A DNA stretch of 64,000 bases from Azolla caroliniana (Eukaryota > Plantae > Polypodiophyta), in assembly GCA_043228905.1 (NCBI GenBank), contig JBHGNT010000020.1, positions 9,176,001 to 9,240,000 of the forward strand, in the 5' to 3' direction. The position numbers and the translations under genes were made by a program. The notes beneath the pieces are model-generated. The model was given only the letters and a program-made list of their open reading frames with translations, did not search any database and had not been told where the DNA came from. This document shows positions 22,715 to 36,100 of this stretch, in pieces (position 1 is the first letter of the stretch; each line of letters starts with the position of its first letter).

Positions 22715-25700
22715 TCACTCCGGCATGGGGTGTCTTTCCAGCCCGATCCTCTTCCGGCATGCGTCCAGCTTGTCGGGTGTCAGCACTTTGGTCAGCATAT
22801 CTGACCCGTTCTCGGCCGTGTGGATCTTCGTCAGTGCGAACTCCTGGTCATCTACCCTTTCCCGGATCCGGCGATACCTCCGCTGGATATGTTTCGTCCG
22901 GGAATGGTGGGCCGCATTCTTAGCAAGGTGGATGGCACTTTGACTATCGCAGTAGAGTCGATATTCCTCTTGCCAGATACCGAGCTCTCCGATGAAGTCC
23001 TTCATCCATAATATTTCCTTGCCGGCTTCTACAGCCGCCATGTACTCCGCCTCTGTGGTTGACAATGCAACCGTCTTCTGCAGCCTCGACTGCCACGAAA
23101 CAGCTCCCCCTGCATATGTCATCACATACCCGGATGTAGACCGGCTGGTATCCACATCAGCCGACATGTCCGAATCGGTGAAACCGTCCAGTTGAGGTTT
23201 CCCGGAGCCGAATCGGAGACACATATTTGAAGTGCCCTTCAAATACCGGAGTATCCATTTGACCGCGTTCCAATGCTCCTTGCCGGGATTACTCATGAAC
23301 CGGCTCACCACTCCGACTGCGTATCCAATGTTCGGTCGGGTACAAACCATTGCGTACATCAAGCTCCCGACGGCAGAGGCATATGGAATCTTCATCATAT
23401 CTGCCTTCTCTCCTTTTGTCTTCGGGCTTTGCTTGCCGGACAACTTGCAGTTTGCCGGAAGTGTCGATCCGACCGGTTTTGCATCTGACATGTTGAACCG
23501 GTGAAGCACCTTTGTCACATACTTCTCCTGTGACAACCATAATTGCTTCGCTGACCGGTCCCGAATGATGTGCATCCCCAACATCTGTCTTGCCGGACCC
23601 AAGTCTTTCATTGAGAAGGTCAGGTTGAGAGCCTTCTTCAGCATCCGTATTTTGCCTTGGTCTTGTCCAACGATCAACATGTCATCCACGTACAGGAGAA
23701 GTATCAGGAAGTCCCCTCCTTCGAACTTCTTCACGAACACACAGTGATCGGCCTGCGTCTTATGGTACCCTTGATCGGTCATGAAGGAGTCGAACTTCCG
23801 GTACCATTGCCGGGGAGCCTACTTCAGTCCGTACAGGCTCTTCTTCAACTGGCATACCAGGTGCTCCTTCCCTTTCTCCACAAATCCTTCCGGTTGCTGC
23901 ATGTAGATTTCCTCTTCGAGGTCGCCGTGAAGGAATGCCGTCTTCACATCCAGCTGCTCTACCTCGAGATCCATGCTTGCTGCTATACTCAGCACCGTCC
24001 GGATGGAGGTCATCTTTACTACCGGGGCGAATATTTCGTCGAAGTCCACGCCCTTCTTCTGCTGGAACCCCTTCACCACAATCCTGGCTTTGTATCTCGG
24101 GGGGTTGCCGGCATCTCCCGGTTTCAACTTGAACACCCACTTGTTTCGGAGTGCCCGCTTTCCTTTCGGCAGCTCCACCAATTCGTACGTATGGTTCTCA
24201 TGCAGAGGATCCATCTCATCCTGCATTGCACTCAACCACTTTCGGCTGTGGGTGTCTTCCTTCGCTTCTTCGAAGCTTTCCGGCTCCCCCTCATCGGTCA
24301 GCAGGACATGCTCTGCATCCGGAAATCTCCGGGGCGCCCTTCTCTCTCTGAGAGGATATCTACGTCTTCGGGCTTCGGTAACCGGTTCCTCCATTTGCTC
24401 TTCTTCCGAATCCGATTCGGGGTCTTGACCGGTTCCGGTCTCAGCTTCCTCTACTTCTTCTTCTGCCGGTTCGGTATCCTCACCGTAACCGGCTGGTTCC
24501 TCGAGTGTTAACCGGTCTCTTGCCGGTTGGGTCTGCTCATTGTAGAGTCTATCCTTACCGGTCGACTCGGAGTTCATTATCTTCTTCTCCGACTCCCAGT
24601 CGGCGAGCGTCTTGTCCTCCATGAAGATAATATCTCGACTCCGGAATACCTTCTTGTCGACCGGGTTCCACACTCGGTAGCCGAACTCATCGTCACCGTA
24701 ACCGAGGAATATGCATGGCCGGGTCTTCGGATCTAACTTTCCTCTCCGGTCCTTTGCTACATGCATGTACGCGAGACACCCTCACACCCTCAGATGCCGG
24801 TAGGACACTTCCTTACCGGTCCATACTCTCTGTGGCGTGTCTCCGTCCAAGGGTACTGAGGGTGATCTGTTTATCACATATGTCGCCGTCGACAGTGCCT
24901 CAGCCCAAAACTTCTTGGGTAGTTTTGCATGCGCTAGCATACTCCGGACCCTCTCCATTATGGTCCGGTTCATCCTCTCGACCAGTCCGTTTAGTTCCGG
25001 CGTCTTCGGCACGGTAAATTCGAGCCGGATTCCCTTTGAGCGGGGTTTGCTTCGAATCGGTACCGTCGGTTTCCTTGTCTTTACGGAAATGCCGACAGTT
25101 CTTTTGGAAGTGTCCCGGCTTGCCACAATAGAAGCAAGTAGGCCTCCCCCTTGACTTTGACCGTGTCCCCGACTTCTCCCGGTTCTGGGGACTACGGTTT
25201 CTATGTCTTCCGCGTTCTGATTCGGTAAGGAGCGCTTTGGAGTCGGAGCTCGTATCTTTGTCTTTCCGACGAGCCTCCTCATCTAGCAAGCTCGACTTTA
25301 CTCTTGCTAGGGATAACCGTTTTCCTTCCTAGCTATCCGGGAGGGAACCGAGCAGGAGTAGCACTAGGACCTCATCGGCAAGAGGTACTTCCAATGACAT
25401 TGCTTGGTGGATCAGCCCCTGGAAGGCATTCATATGCTCCGCCATGTTGGAGCCATCTTGGTACCGGAGTCTTACTAGCTTCCGGAATACCGACACCTGA
25501 TTGACAACATTTTTGTTCTGGAACATTATGCCGATCTTCTCCCAGAGCTCATGAGCCTTGCTCTCTTCATTGAAGTTGTTGTACAGGCTCATGTCGATGA
25601 AGCACCGTATGTACGCCGTTGTCTTCATGTGCATCACCTCCCATATCGCGGCGTCGATTTTGTTCGGTCTCTTGTCCCCGAACTAAACCGGCAGCCAAAG

Positions 25701-25730
25701 GTCTTTAACCACGAGCATGTCCCTCATCTT
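22715..25730 (-). pseudogene. pol: Copia C gag-pol remnant
   Basis: CFYCGKPGHFQKNC, TPELNGLVERMNRT, YKARIVVKGF, LYVDD, FTDSD, SRTKHI. Confidence 0.92.
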
Positions 25731-26574
25731 CGACTTCGATACCAAATTGTAGAGAACACGACGTTCCTTATGTCCGATGCTCGGCCACAACCGAGATTCT
25801 TTTCATACACAGAAAAAACAGGTAATGAAACGCGACACAAAGGAGAGAAATGGTACACAGGAGGTTTACGTGGAAAACCCCAAAATAGGGGAAAAACCAC
25901 GGCAGCCCACAGGCTGCAAACTGTCACTATGTAGAAATATACAACAGTGAATTCACTGAGGCTACGACCTCGTGCTCTCAGATCTTCGCCACAGGTGGCG
26001 GTTACAACAGAGGCAACGGCCTCGTCTCTCTCTCTCTCTCTCTCTGTACAGATACGCGCTCTCTCTTCTTCTTGCACCAACAAGGAAGAATCACAACAAA
26101 AGAAAACGACAACAACCTAAAAGTTTGCCCTAAGTCATATTTATACTAATATGACTTTTCGGCTATTTACAAATGTGGCCTCGATGGGCTCTCAGAAACA
26201 TATTTACGAATATGTCTCTTCCTCCGGTTCATACCGGGCCTACACCATCCAGCTCTCCGCAGTCGGGTACTCCCGATCCGGTTCATACCGGGCCTACACC
26301 ATCCGGCTCTCCGTAGTCGGGTACTCCCGATCCGGTTCATACCGTTTTGGCCGAGGCCGACATTCGTCGGCACTGTTCTTCTCCCTTCCCATCCGGAGGG
26401 ACCTGTCTCCCAACACACGGTACGTCGGTACCACGGGAGAGGGTGTGGAGCGAGCCACCCTCTCGACTTGCGGAGAAGGAAGACCCGGGATAAGGGTCAG
26501 AGATATAACGAGTCCTTTGGAGGATCCTTCATATTGGTTCCAAAGACTCTGGTGGTCGGCCCGAGAGTCGGCGT

Positions 26575-27560
26575 GAGACCTAGACTGACGAACTGTGGTA
26601 GCAAGGGGACGAAGGCAAAGGACTGAGGATGGGCGGTTTGTGGAGATCCTCACACTGATCTGGCGGTCGGCCCAAGTGCTAGCGTGAGTCCTATAGGAGA
26701 GATCGGTGGCCGCAGGTGAACGTGACCAACGGAAGAGGCCGATGCGAAGGTCGGGACTACGACGAGAGGAAAACAGCAAGCAGTGCTGCCACGACCTTAC
26801 ACACCGGTTCTAGAGACACCGGTAACCGGCAACGAGAGCTTGCGTGAGACCTAGAGGGAAGAACGGTGGTGGCGACAAGGCGGAAAACCGAGACGGCAAA
26901 GCGGGAGGTCCCACGGAGATCCTCACACTGATCTGGCGGTCGGCTTGAGTGCCGGCGTGAGTCCTATAGGAGAGATCGGTAACGGCAGGTGAATGTGACC
27001 AACCGAAGAGGCCGACGCAGAGGTCGGGACTACGGCGAGAGGAAAACGGCAAGCGGTGCTGCCACGACCTTACACACACCGGTTCTAGAGACTTCGGGAG
27101 CCTGCAACAAGAGCCTGCGTGAGATCTAGAGGGAAGAACGGTGGTGGCGGCAAGGCGGGCAACTGAGACGGCAAAGGGGAGGTCCCACGGAGATCTTCAC
27201 ACTGATCTGGCGGTCGGCCCGAGTGTTGGCATGAGTCCTATAGGAGAGATCGGTGGCGGTAGGAGAATGTGACCAGCCGAACCGATGCGGAGGTGGGGAC
27301 TATGGCGACAGGAAAACGGCAAGCGGTGCTGCCATGACCTTACACACACCGGTTCTTGAGACTCCGGTGGCCAGCAACGAGAGCCTGCATGAGACCTAGA
27401 GGGAAGAATGGTGGCGGCGGCAATGCGGGCAACCGAGATGGCAAAGGGGGAGGTCCCACGGAGATCCTCGCACTGATCCGACGGTTGGCCCGAGTGCCGG
27501 CATGAGTCCTATAGGAAAGGACGGTGGCGGTAGGTGAACGTGATTGGATTACGAAGGAAG
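26575..27560 (+). repeat. ~272-bp tandem array (about 3.6 units) in the B2 internal region
   Basis: GAGACCTAGA...GGAGATCCTCACACTGATC...GAGTCCTATAGGAGAGATCGG...CCTTACACACCGGTTCT recurs at ~26575, 26846, 27121 and 27391. Confidence 0.85.
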
Positions 27561-28100
27561 AGCGGCAAGGAGGTATCGGGCCGGTGAGGCGGCCACAAAC
27601 CACAACTGGACCTTCCAACAAGGTCGATGGAAGAAAAGGGCAGCGGAAGACCGGTCCTACGACGATCCTCACACTAATCCGGAGACACCGGCAACTCAAG
27701 CGGACGTGGCAGCGTGAGACCGAGTGAGAAGGACAGTGGTGGTAGGAAACGGGACCCGACAACGTAGAAGAGTGGACAATGAGGCGAACCCTTACCGACC
27801 GGTTACGGTTTCGGAAGTAGCCGGTAAAGGCAAGCAAGGAGCGATGAGCCAAGCCGGGATGGCGCACCCAAAGCGGAACAAGAGACGTGCATATGGCCAT
27901 CGAGGGCCGGTTCGAAGCGCGATTACGGGACGGTGTTCGGCAAAGGCGGTGCCGAACAAGGATGACGAAGGACGGCACATGGTGGTGCCAGGAACGAGAA
28001 TTGGGATGACGCGGAGCTGACGGAGGTGATGAGCAACCACACAGTGTTGTGAAGAAAACCGGCCAAAAGCGGAATCGGTGAAGCAGGGCACATGAACCGG

Positions 28101-31100
28101 TGTCGTGAAGTTTCACAGGTACGTGTAGAATTCCAAGTGGGACCACGGGGTTCTTGGACTAAGGAGTGACGGAACGTAGGAAGTCGTGCTTCACCATCTC
28201 CGGGGCATCCCAGAAGCACACCGGAAGCAACCGAAGGGAGAGAGAGAGAGAGAACAAGCATGCAACATTGACTCTCACACACGCACACATCACCGACCCA
28301 ACTCGCGCCCTAGGTAGCATAGGATACAACTGTTGTCTACTGCCAAGCCGCCGGTCGGGGAGCTCTCGGGCTTGTCGCGCCGAGTGGGGTCTTGCACAGA
28401 GAACAGGGCAGAAAATAGAAACACTAGATGCCAAGGTTCGACACACAGAACGACGAAGAAGAAGAAGCAGAGGCAAGAAGAAGAAAAACGAAACCCTAAA
28501 CAGGAGGAAGGGAAAGAGAAAGAGAGGACGTCTCTTAATCTAATGGTATACCCTACTAATACGAAATGGGAAACCCCTTCACCAAGGGCGTTCCCTTCCT
28601 TTTATAGAACAAGGAGAGGGATCCGTAGCATCGTGGGATAAATCCCTTATTCCATGGGATTCTTGTCCCAACTTGATTACTCTTCGGCGCCATAAAGGCG
28701 CCCTCGTTATTCACACCAAATGTACAAGGGTGAGCGCACATGCTGCACCCCGTCGATGTAGCCAATATTTCCCGGTTTCCGCCTCTGGCCGAAATTCTTC
28801 ACGACATCCGCCCCCACCAAACCGCACGTCCACTGGTACGTGCCAAATCTGGTGAAGGGTGAGAGATTTCGGCTGGTGAGAAACCGGTCTTCCATAATCC
28901 GCATCCCGGCTAGCTGCCGATTTGAATTGTCGGCTTCAATTCTTCCTTCGCGCTTACCTCCTCGTAGGCTCGTTTGACCCATCGATGGGTTCTTCGCCGC
29001 GATCTCCGTAGTACGCGTACTACCACTAGCCCTTGTTCGGCCGTATGCACGCTCCGCTCTTTGCCGCATGCCCGATGTCCTCTGCTTGAGGAACGCCCGT
29101 AGTGGCCCGCCTGGCCTTCGTTGACCATTCGCGTGGTCCTGATTGTCGTCCCGCGTTGTTTCCCACTACCTTTGTCCCCTCACCGCCACCTTCCTTCTCC
29201 TTGGTCTTATGTCGCCACGTCGGCTTGGACCGCCAAGGTCTTCAGAATGGTGTGGAGGATCCTTCTCCGGTCTTCTACGCGCAACCTCCGAACTGTGCAA
29301 CCCATTCTTCGTGCTCGCCTTTCTGCTTCGACACCTCCGTGTGCCGCGTTCCACTTCCTTTGTTCGGCACCGCCCGCACCGAACACCGTCCCGTAGTCAT
29401 GATTCGATCCGGCTCACGATGGCCACTTGCGAGACTCTTGTTCCATCCCAACACACCTCCCCGTGTTTGCCCCTACCGGCTCCTTCTGAAACCGTAACCG
29501 GCCGGTAAGGGTTTCACATTTCGTCCGCCCCCATCTTACCGACTCCCGATCCGCTATCTCGTGTCGCCGGGTCCCGTTTCCCACCGCCACCAACCTTCTC
29601 TCTCGGTCTCATGTTGCCACGTTGGCCGAACTGCCGAAGTCTCCGGATCAGTGTGAGGGTCCCATAGGACCGGATTCCGTTTCTCTGCTTGCCGAAATTC
29701 GGGTGTGTTTTGTTTGGGTCTCTCCCGGACTCTCCTCGTGTCTTCCGCGTAGTCAGGTCCCATTTCCCGCCGCCACCAGCCTTCTCTTGAGGTCTCATGT
29801 TGCCATGTTGGCCGAATTGCCGGAGTCTCCGGTCTGGTGTGGGGATCCCATAGGACCGGACTTCCTTATGCCCGTGACCTTGCCGGTAGGTCCGATTCGG
29901 TTAGTAGCCGCTTCACCGGCCTAATACCTTCCTTCTCTGCTTTCCGTCGTCCGATCACGTTCACTTGCCACCACTGATCTCTCCTACAGGACTCACACTG
30001 GCACTCGGGCCGTCAGCCGGATCGGTGTGAGGATCTTCGCAAACAACCCATCCGCAGTCCTCTACCTTCGTCCCCTTGCCGCCACCGATCGCCAGTCTAG
30101 GTCTTACGCCGGCTCTCGGGCCGACCGCCGGAGTCTTTGGAACCAGTGTGAAGGATCCTCCTTGGGCTCGTCGTATCCTTGATCCTTATCCTGGGTCTTC
30201 CTTCTTCCGCAAGCCGAGAGGGTGGCTCACTCCACACCCTCTCCCGTGGTACTGACGTACCGTGTTCTCGGCCTCTTGTAGGCCTACTCTCTTCCTCCCT
30301 CCCGGAATGGTTATCCGGGAGTCCGCTCCGCCCGGTTCTCGTCTGGGTCCGTTCGTCATTCTCTGGATTGCCGGGTCCCATTCTCCTGTTGCCACCGACC
30401 TCTCCTATAGGACTCACGCCGGCACTCGGGTCGACAGCCGGATCGGTGTGAAGATCTCAATAGGACCGGTCTTCATTCTTCTCTTCATCCCCTGTACTTC
30501 TCCCGAACTCGTCGTCGCTCTCCTTGCTGCGTTCCCGCCTCCATCTTCCATCTCTTTCGGTCTCACGTTGCCACGTCGACTGAACTGCTGAAGTCTCTGG
30601 ATAGGATGTAGCGTAATCGATTTCGCAACGTCTTTCGGCGACTCTTCTGGGCCACCGCCCCTTTTAATGGTGTTGGTGGATAGCATCCACTCTGTGATCA
30701 ATCAAGCCCCTCCTGGGCTTGATTCTCCAATGTCCGGAGTTTCGGCTTCAATGCCGACCTTGCCGGACTCGTTCTGAACCCTTGATCACCTTTCTTCTGA
30801 TTCCCGACCTTCACCAGGTCGGTCTTTCTCCCCATGTAAAAGAGGGCGGCTCGTTCCGTACCCTCTCCCGTATCGGCACCTTCATGGCGAATCTGGCCCC
30901 GATCGAACAATCCATGACCGGATCACGCACCACCTGTATCAGAGCATCGCACGGTTCGGTCCCCGGTCGGGTCATTTCTTGGTCTCTTCATCAACCTTTT
31001 CGCGGGCCATCTCCAATCCATCTCCGCTGGCATCATGCCAGGAATCCTCGTCGGTGCCTTCCTTCTGTCCGGTCTCATGTTGGCACATGGGCTCGACCAC

Positions 31101-32504
31101 CGGAGTCTCTAGAATCCGCGTGGAGGGCTCTTCTCCGCTCCCGACCTTGTCCTTGGTCGGTAATTCTCCGCAAGTCGAGAGGGCATTTTGTTCCTCACCC
31201 TCTCCCGTGGAACCGTGGTACCGATCTCCTGCCATCGCGTGGGGCAAGTCCGTCTCCTCAGTCTTGGCTTGCATCCTCGATCTTTCCTCTTCCTCGAGCA
31301 TCACCTCGAGAGTTGCGTACGCCTCCACAATCCTGGCCCCAACGCCGACCCTTGCCGACTCTCTTTGCCATTCGACCTCTTCCCGCTGTGATGGCACAAC
31401 GTCGCATGCCTTCCTCTTAGCCTTCTCGGCACGCTCATTGTCTAGCCATTGGCACACCCTTCCAACCTTCGACCAGTCCTCCGTAAGCCCATTTTCTCCG
31501 TCATTGTCTTCGAGCTCAATCCCGATGGCCTCCTGTTTCGTTCGGTCGATCAACCTGACGAACAATAGGACTTTGTCCGCCCCCACCAAACCTTGTTCCC
31601 ACTCCGGGAGCCGAGCAAGCCGTTGCTCGAACTCTCGGAACGCCTTCGTTGCGCCCCGATGGGTCTTTGCCGATGCTACCTAGTGGTCAAAGTTGTGTTG
31701 CCCCCGGCTCTTCCGCCGTCCTCCATATGCTTGCAGGAGCGCCTCTTCAAAGGCCTCCCACAAACTATGAGCTTCCCGAAGCTCCTTCACTTCCGCGTGC
31801 ATACGGACGGCAACAGCCCGACAGAAGAACTCCAACCTCCATTTCTGCGTTGTACGCTTCCAAGTAAGATGGGACTTTGTCCCCGTTGAAACGGCCGACT
31901 ATTTTGACCACTCACTTGACCGCTTGCTGCGCCGACTCTCTCTTGCTGTCGCTCATCCAAACTCCCTCACCGCTTCGACGAAAAGTTGCACGAAGTCGTC
32001 TTCTTCCAACTCCATTCTCCCTTGCCGCCCTTCACGTCGGTTTCACCAAAGATGTTGCGAAGTTTCGCGGGTACGTGTAGAATTCCAGGCGGGACCACGG
32101 GGGTCTTGGACTAGGGAGTGACGGAGCGTAGGAAGTCGTGCTTCACCATTTCCGGGGCATCCCAGAAGCACACCGGAAGCAACCGAAGGGAGAGAGAGAG
32201 AGAACGTCTCTTAATCTAAGAGAGGACGTCTCTTAATCTAACGGTATACCCTACTAATATAAAATGGGCAACCCCTTCACCAAGGGCGCTCCCTTCCTTT
32301 TATAGAACAAGGAGAGGGATCCGTAGCATTGTGGGATAAATCCCTTATAACATGGGATTTTTGTCTCGACTTGATTACTCTTCGGCACCATAAAGGCGCC
32401 GTCGTTATTGACACTAAATGTACAAGGGTGAGTGCACATGCTGCACCCTGCCGATGTAGCCAATATTTCCCGGTTTCTGCCTCTGGCCGAAATTCTTCAC
32501 GACA
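28101..32504 (-). mobile_element. non-autonomous gag-only LTR element B3, uninterrupted (4.4 kb)
   Basis: LTRs 28101-28806 and 32053-32504; Trp PBS 32031-32048; PPT 28807-28825; gag-like frame 32015-30972; target CCGG (right copy reads CCAT), judged against the unsplit D LTR at ~38190. Confidence 0.88.
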
Positions 32505-32961
32505 CCATCCCTACACTTTTCCGCACTAATTACTACCTTGTACATAACTAGGAGTAGGACGGTGGGTGTAAATAGACTAGATGTGATGCATTGAATGTCT
32601 AGGAAATCGAGGAGTATCTCTGCCCGAAAGGACAGAGAATAAATTGATGAAAACGAGGGTGCAATGCCCTGCCTCGACGGCCTATAAAAGGGAGGAAAGA
32701 AGGAAGATGAAGGTATCGCGTTTTGGGGAGCAAGGACGAAGTGTTGTCGGACTGGGACTGAGCTCCCTACTCCATCGTTCGCTGGATTTCGGATTGAGTG
32801 TTCTGCTTCGTGGAAAGCCCGTGTGCTTCCGGTAGAGGCTCCACAGTGCAGTCGGGGCTGTGTGCGTGCGTGAGCATTGTGTGCGTGTGTGTATTCGCCT
32901 GAGTTGGGCCCGTTACCAGCTTGCCGGTTGTAATCGTTACTGATTTGTAATTAAGTCTTTG

Positions 32962-32992
<31 letters not shown>

Positions 32993-33149
32993 CCTCTGTG
33001 TTCCTACAAGCTGTGCTCTCTCTCTCTCTTCTTTCTCACGCTCCTTGGTTGAAGGCCCCCGCGGTCCCGCCTCTTTCCACACGCGAAGAGCGTAACAACC
33101 CGATATATTTGGTGAACCTGACATGAAATTGGCGGCAAAGGAGTGAAGG

Positions 33150-36100
33150 ATGAGGGGATCCGAGCTTGCTGAAGCTATGGCCGTAGCCGTCGACCGACTA
33201 GTGAGCGCTCGCGAGGGAACGGGTGCCCTCGACAAGGCCATTGAGTCAATCGTCGGCACCATAGGTCGATTCGTTGGGAAGAATGCCACGAGCTACTTGC
33301 AGGCCTACCGGGCCAAAATGATCATGAGGGATATCTCGATGGACAGACGGCTGTCCGGATTCCCTCGCGTGGTCGAGGTGCTGGCTGGATGCCAGACTTG
33401 GGAGGAGTTCGAGCTGCGGCTCCTCAAGATGTATGGGTTCGATGACTCGCTTCGGCTGTCGAAGCGAGACTTCATGGCGTGGGTTGAGAGCCCTGGGAAG
33501 GGGAGGAACATGTCGGCCCTCCTCCAAGAGTTCGAAAAACGGTTCGCACGGCTGTCAACGCTGGACTGGACAGTGCTCGACACAAGCCGGGTACTACTAT
33601 TTGTCAAGTGGGTGGACGCCATGGACCGGGAGAAGGTGGGTCTCCTGTTGGAAACGGATTAAGGGCTCACGGCAGATTGGGCCATGGTAAGGAGGGTTTG
33701 CGGTCGTTTCGACAAGCGGCGCGAGTGGAGTGACGAGGGCTCATCAGCGACAAGGGCGGTCGTGGTGAGGGAGCTTGAGTTGAATACGGGGCATGGCAGA
33801 ATGAAGCGGTTGATGGAAGAGGCAGCGACACGACATGCAGAGGCGTCGGCAGGAACCCGGGTCGCGGGTGATGAAGCCCGGAAAGCGAAGGACTCCGGAT
33901 TCTGGCCGCTAGTGCTAGAGGGTCTCTTTGGAGTACGGCTGAAGAAGGAAGAGGCAGACCACGCGGAACTACGAGGTTCTGGGACGACCCGGTGGAAGAA
34001 AAGATTGGGTTCATGGCGGCCACATGCCAGAACTACGAGGTTCTGGTAGAAGACAATCGCGCGGGAAAGGCCGGAGGGGGCGGCCCCTCGCAGCGGTGCG
34101 AGACCCGGTTTGGACCGAAGCCGAACGAGGCCACCAACGTCGGCGCACCGGAGAAGAAGAAGCAGGTCGATTTCTGGCTGAGCACTGAAATCGAACGAAC
34201 AACGAACCCACCGAAGGTCCTGGAAGAGAGAATTCTCAACAGAAAGGTCGAGTTGTCGTTATGGGATGTGCTGGGAATCTCCAAGGAGTTCCACGACTCC
34301 ATCGTGGACTTGGTGAAGCGGAAGAGGCTCTTCACGGAGCCGGAACCGGAGAGGCCGATGGAAGTGCGGACGATGCACTTAGAAGACACGGCTCTGGAGG
34401 ATAAGTTGGCGGAAAGCCACTACGCGAAGCCGCATTGGGCTAGGGCCACTACGGAAACCCCTGTTCGGATCGGCGACATCCAGAAGCCAGTGGTGGCATC
34501 GGTAGACCACAATTCGGAGATCAACTTGATGTCCATGGACTTCTATAAAAAGGGGAAATGGCCGAGTAACACCAAGCACGGATGGAAGATACGCACAGCG
34601 ACGCGCGCTACAGAGGAGCTGCATGGTGCGTGCCCGAACGTATGCGTGAAGATCGGCGACGTCGAGATAGATCAACATTTCTTTGTGTAGGAGACTTCCT
34701 CGCACCCGGTAATTCTCGTCGAACCGTACATTACGGCAGCACGCATGGAGACAAAAGTACTGGACAATGGTTTGGCGTATGCGCGCGTCAAGAGCCAAGA
34801 TGGTCGGCATTCCGTCCAATTCATGACAGTGTGACCCAATCACGAGTGTAACCGTGAGACCCTTGGCGGCGACAACCAAGGGGATTTTTAGAGAGGGCTA
34901 TCAAGGGGTGGGGCCGCGACAGTCCGAACACCCCAGAAGAACCTCACACATGTATTATAGGTAGGAAATTTTGGCTCTCCAAAAACGGAGGTTGTACATT
35001 AACAGGCATCGGTAGCCAGGAGAGGAAGCGGGCAGAGAGATGACTTATGGTGTGTGGAGTCCTCTCACCCAATGATGAAATTAGCGGCACCATGGAGGCG
35101 ATCTCTTTTGATGACACCTTGGGCGAATTACGAAAGGTGGTCGGTGAAGGCCTTAGCGAAGACCGGACCGTTCCGGTTAGCTCGATGGGAATTTACGAAG
35201 TCATCGTGGACTTCGGGGAGAGGATCGGTTCAGATCGAACGGCCCGCGTGGACACGAAGTACAAGACTGTGGACCGGAAGGTGAGGCCAGTTGTGGCACC
35301 CTTGCCGGAGGGTAGCGGAGAGCGGATAAAAGGGGTCGCGTCGGACCCAAGTTTACGGAAACTAGCTGGCATAGGGCACCGGTTCACCGACATAACGCTA
35401 CGGGAGCTCAAGGTTGGTGGGGGTGGCTTTCTACTGTCGGAGGAGGAGGACCGGTTTAGGAGGATGCTCGGAAGGCATGGGAAGGCCTTTGCTTTTTCGT
35501 CGAAGGAGATCGGGTGCGTAGACCTGACAATCGTCGAGCCAATGGTGATCTTCACGGTACCGCATGTGCCATGGAATCTCAAACCGATTCCGGTGCCCAG
35601 AGCTCACATCCCGATGTTGATTGAGCTACTAAAGTAGAAAGTGGATATGGGCGTCCTCGAACAGTCGAATGCCCCATACTCGAATCGGTGGTTCACGGTG
35701 CCAAAGAAGAACGGCGCGTTGCGCTTCATTCAGGACCTGCAACCGGTCAATAAGGTGACCATCCGTAACACAGGGATTGGGTCGACCATAGACGAGTTCA
35801 CGGAGGCCTTCGCCGGAAGGTCAATCTATTCGGTCGGTGACTTATACTCGGGGTACGACCAGTTCCAACTAGCTGTAGAGAGCAGAGACATCACGACAAT
35901 GCGGACTCCTCTCGGCTTGGTGTGAATGTGTACCCTACCGCAAGGAGGAACGAATTCGGTGGCGCACATGGTGAACGCAATGAACAAGGTGCTGAGAGAC
36001 TGCATCCCGGACATCACTATGTCGTTCCTAGACGACGTACCGATAAAGGGGTGTCCGGTGGAGGATGAAGACAAAACGGTCGGGCCGGACGGGTGCCGTA

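Larger units (their letters stand above)
22036..26415 (-). mobile_element. Ty1/Copia element C (Tork/Tnt1-like), internally deleted
   Basis: LTRs 22036-22704 and 25748-26415 are nearly identical; TSD CACGG; PPT 22705-22714; truncated PBS 25738-25744; the gag knuckle is fused to the integrase core at ~25045; RT/RNase H 22715-24766. Confidence 0.93.

Noticed and set aside
23657-24511. antisense ORFs over Copia RT (also 42869-43603, 58435-61849)
   Set aside because: These are shadow frames of the pol coding strand.
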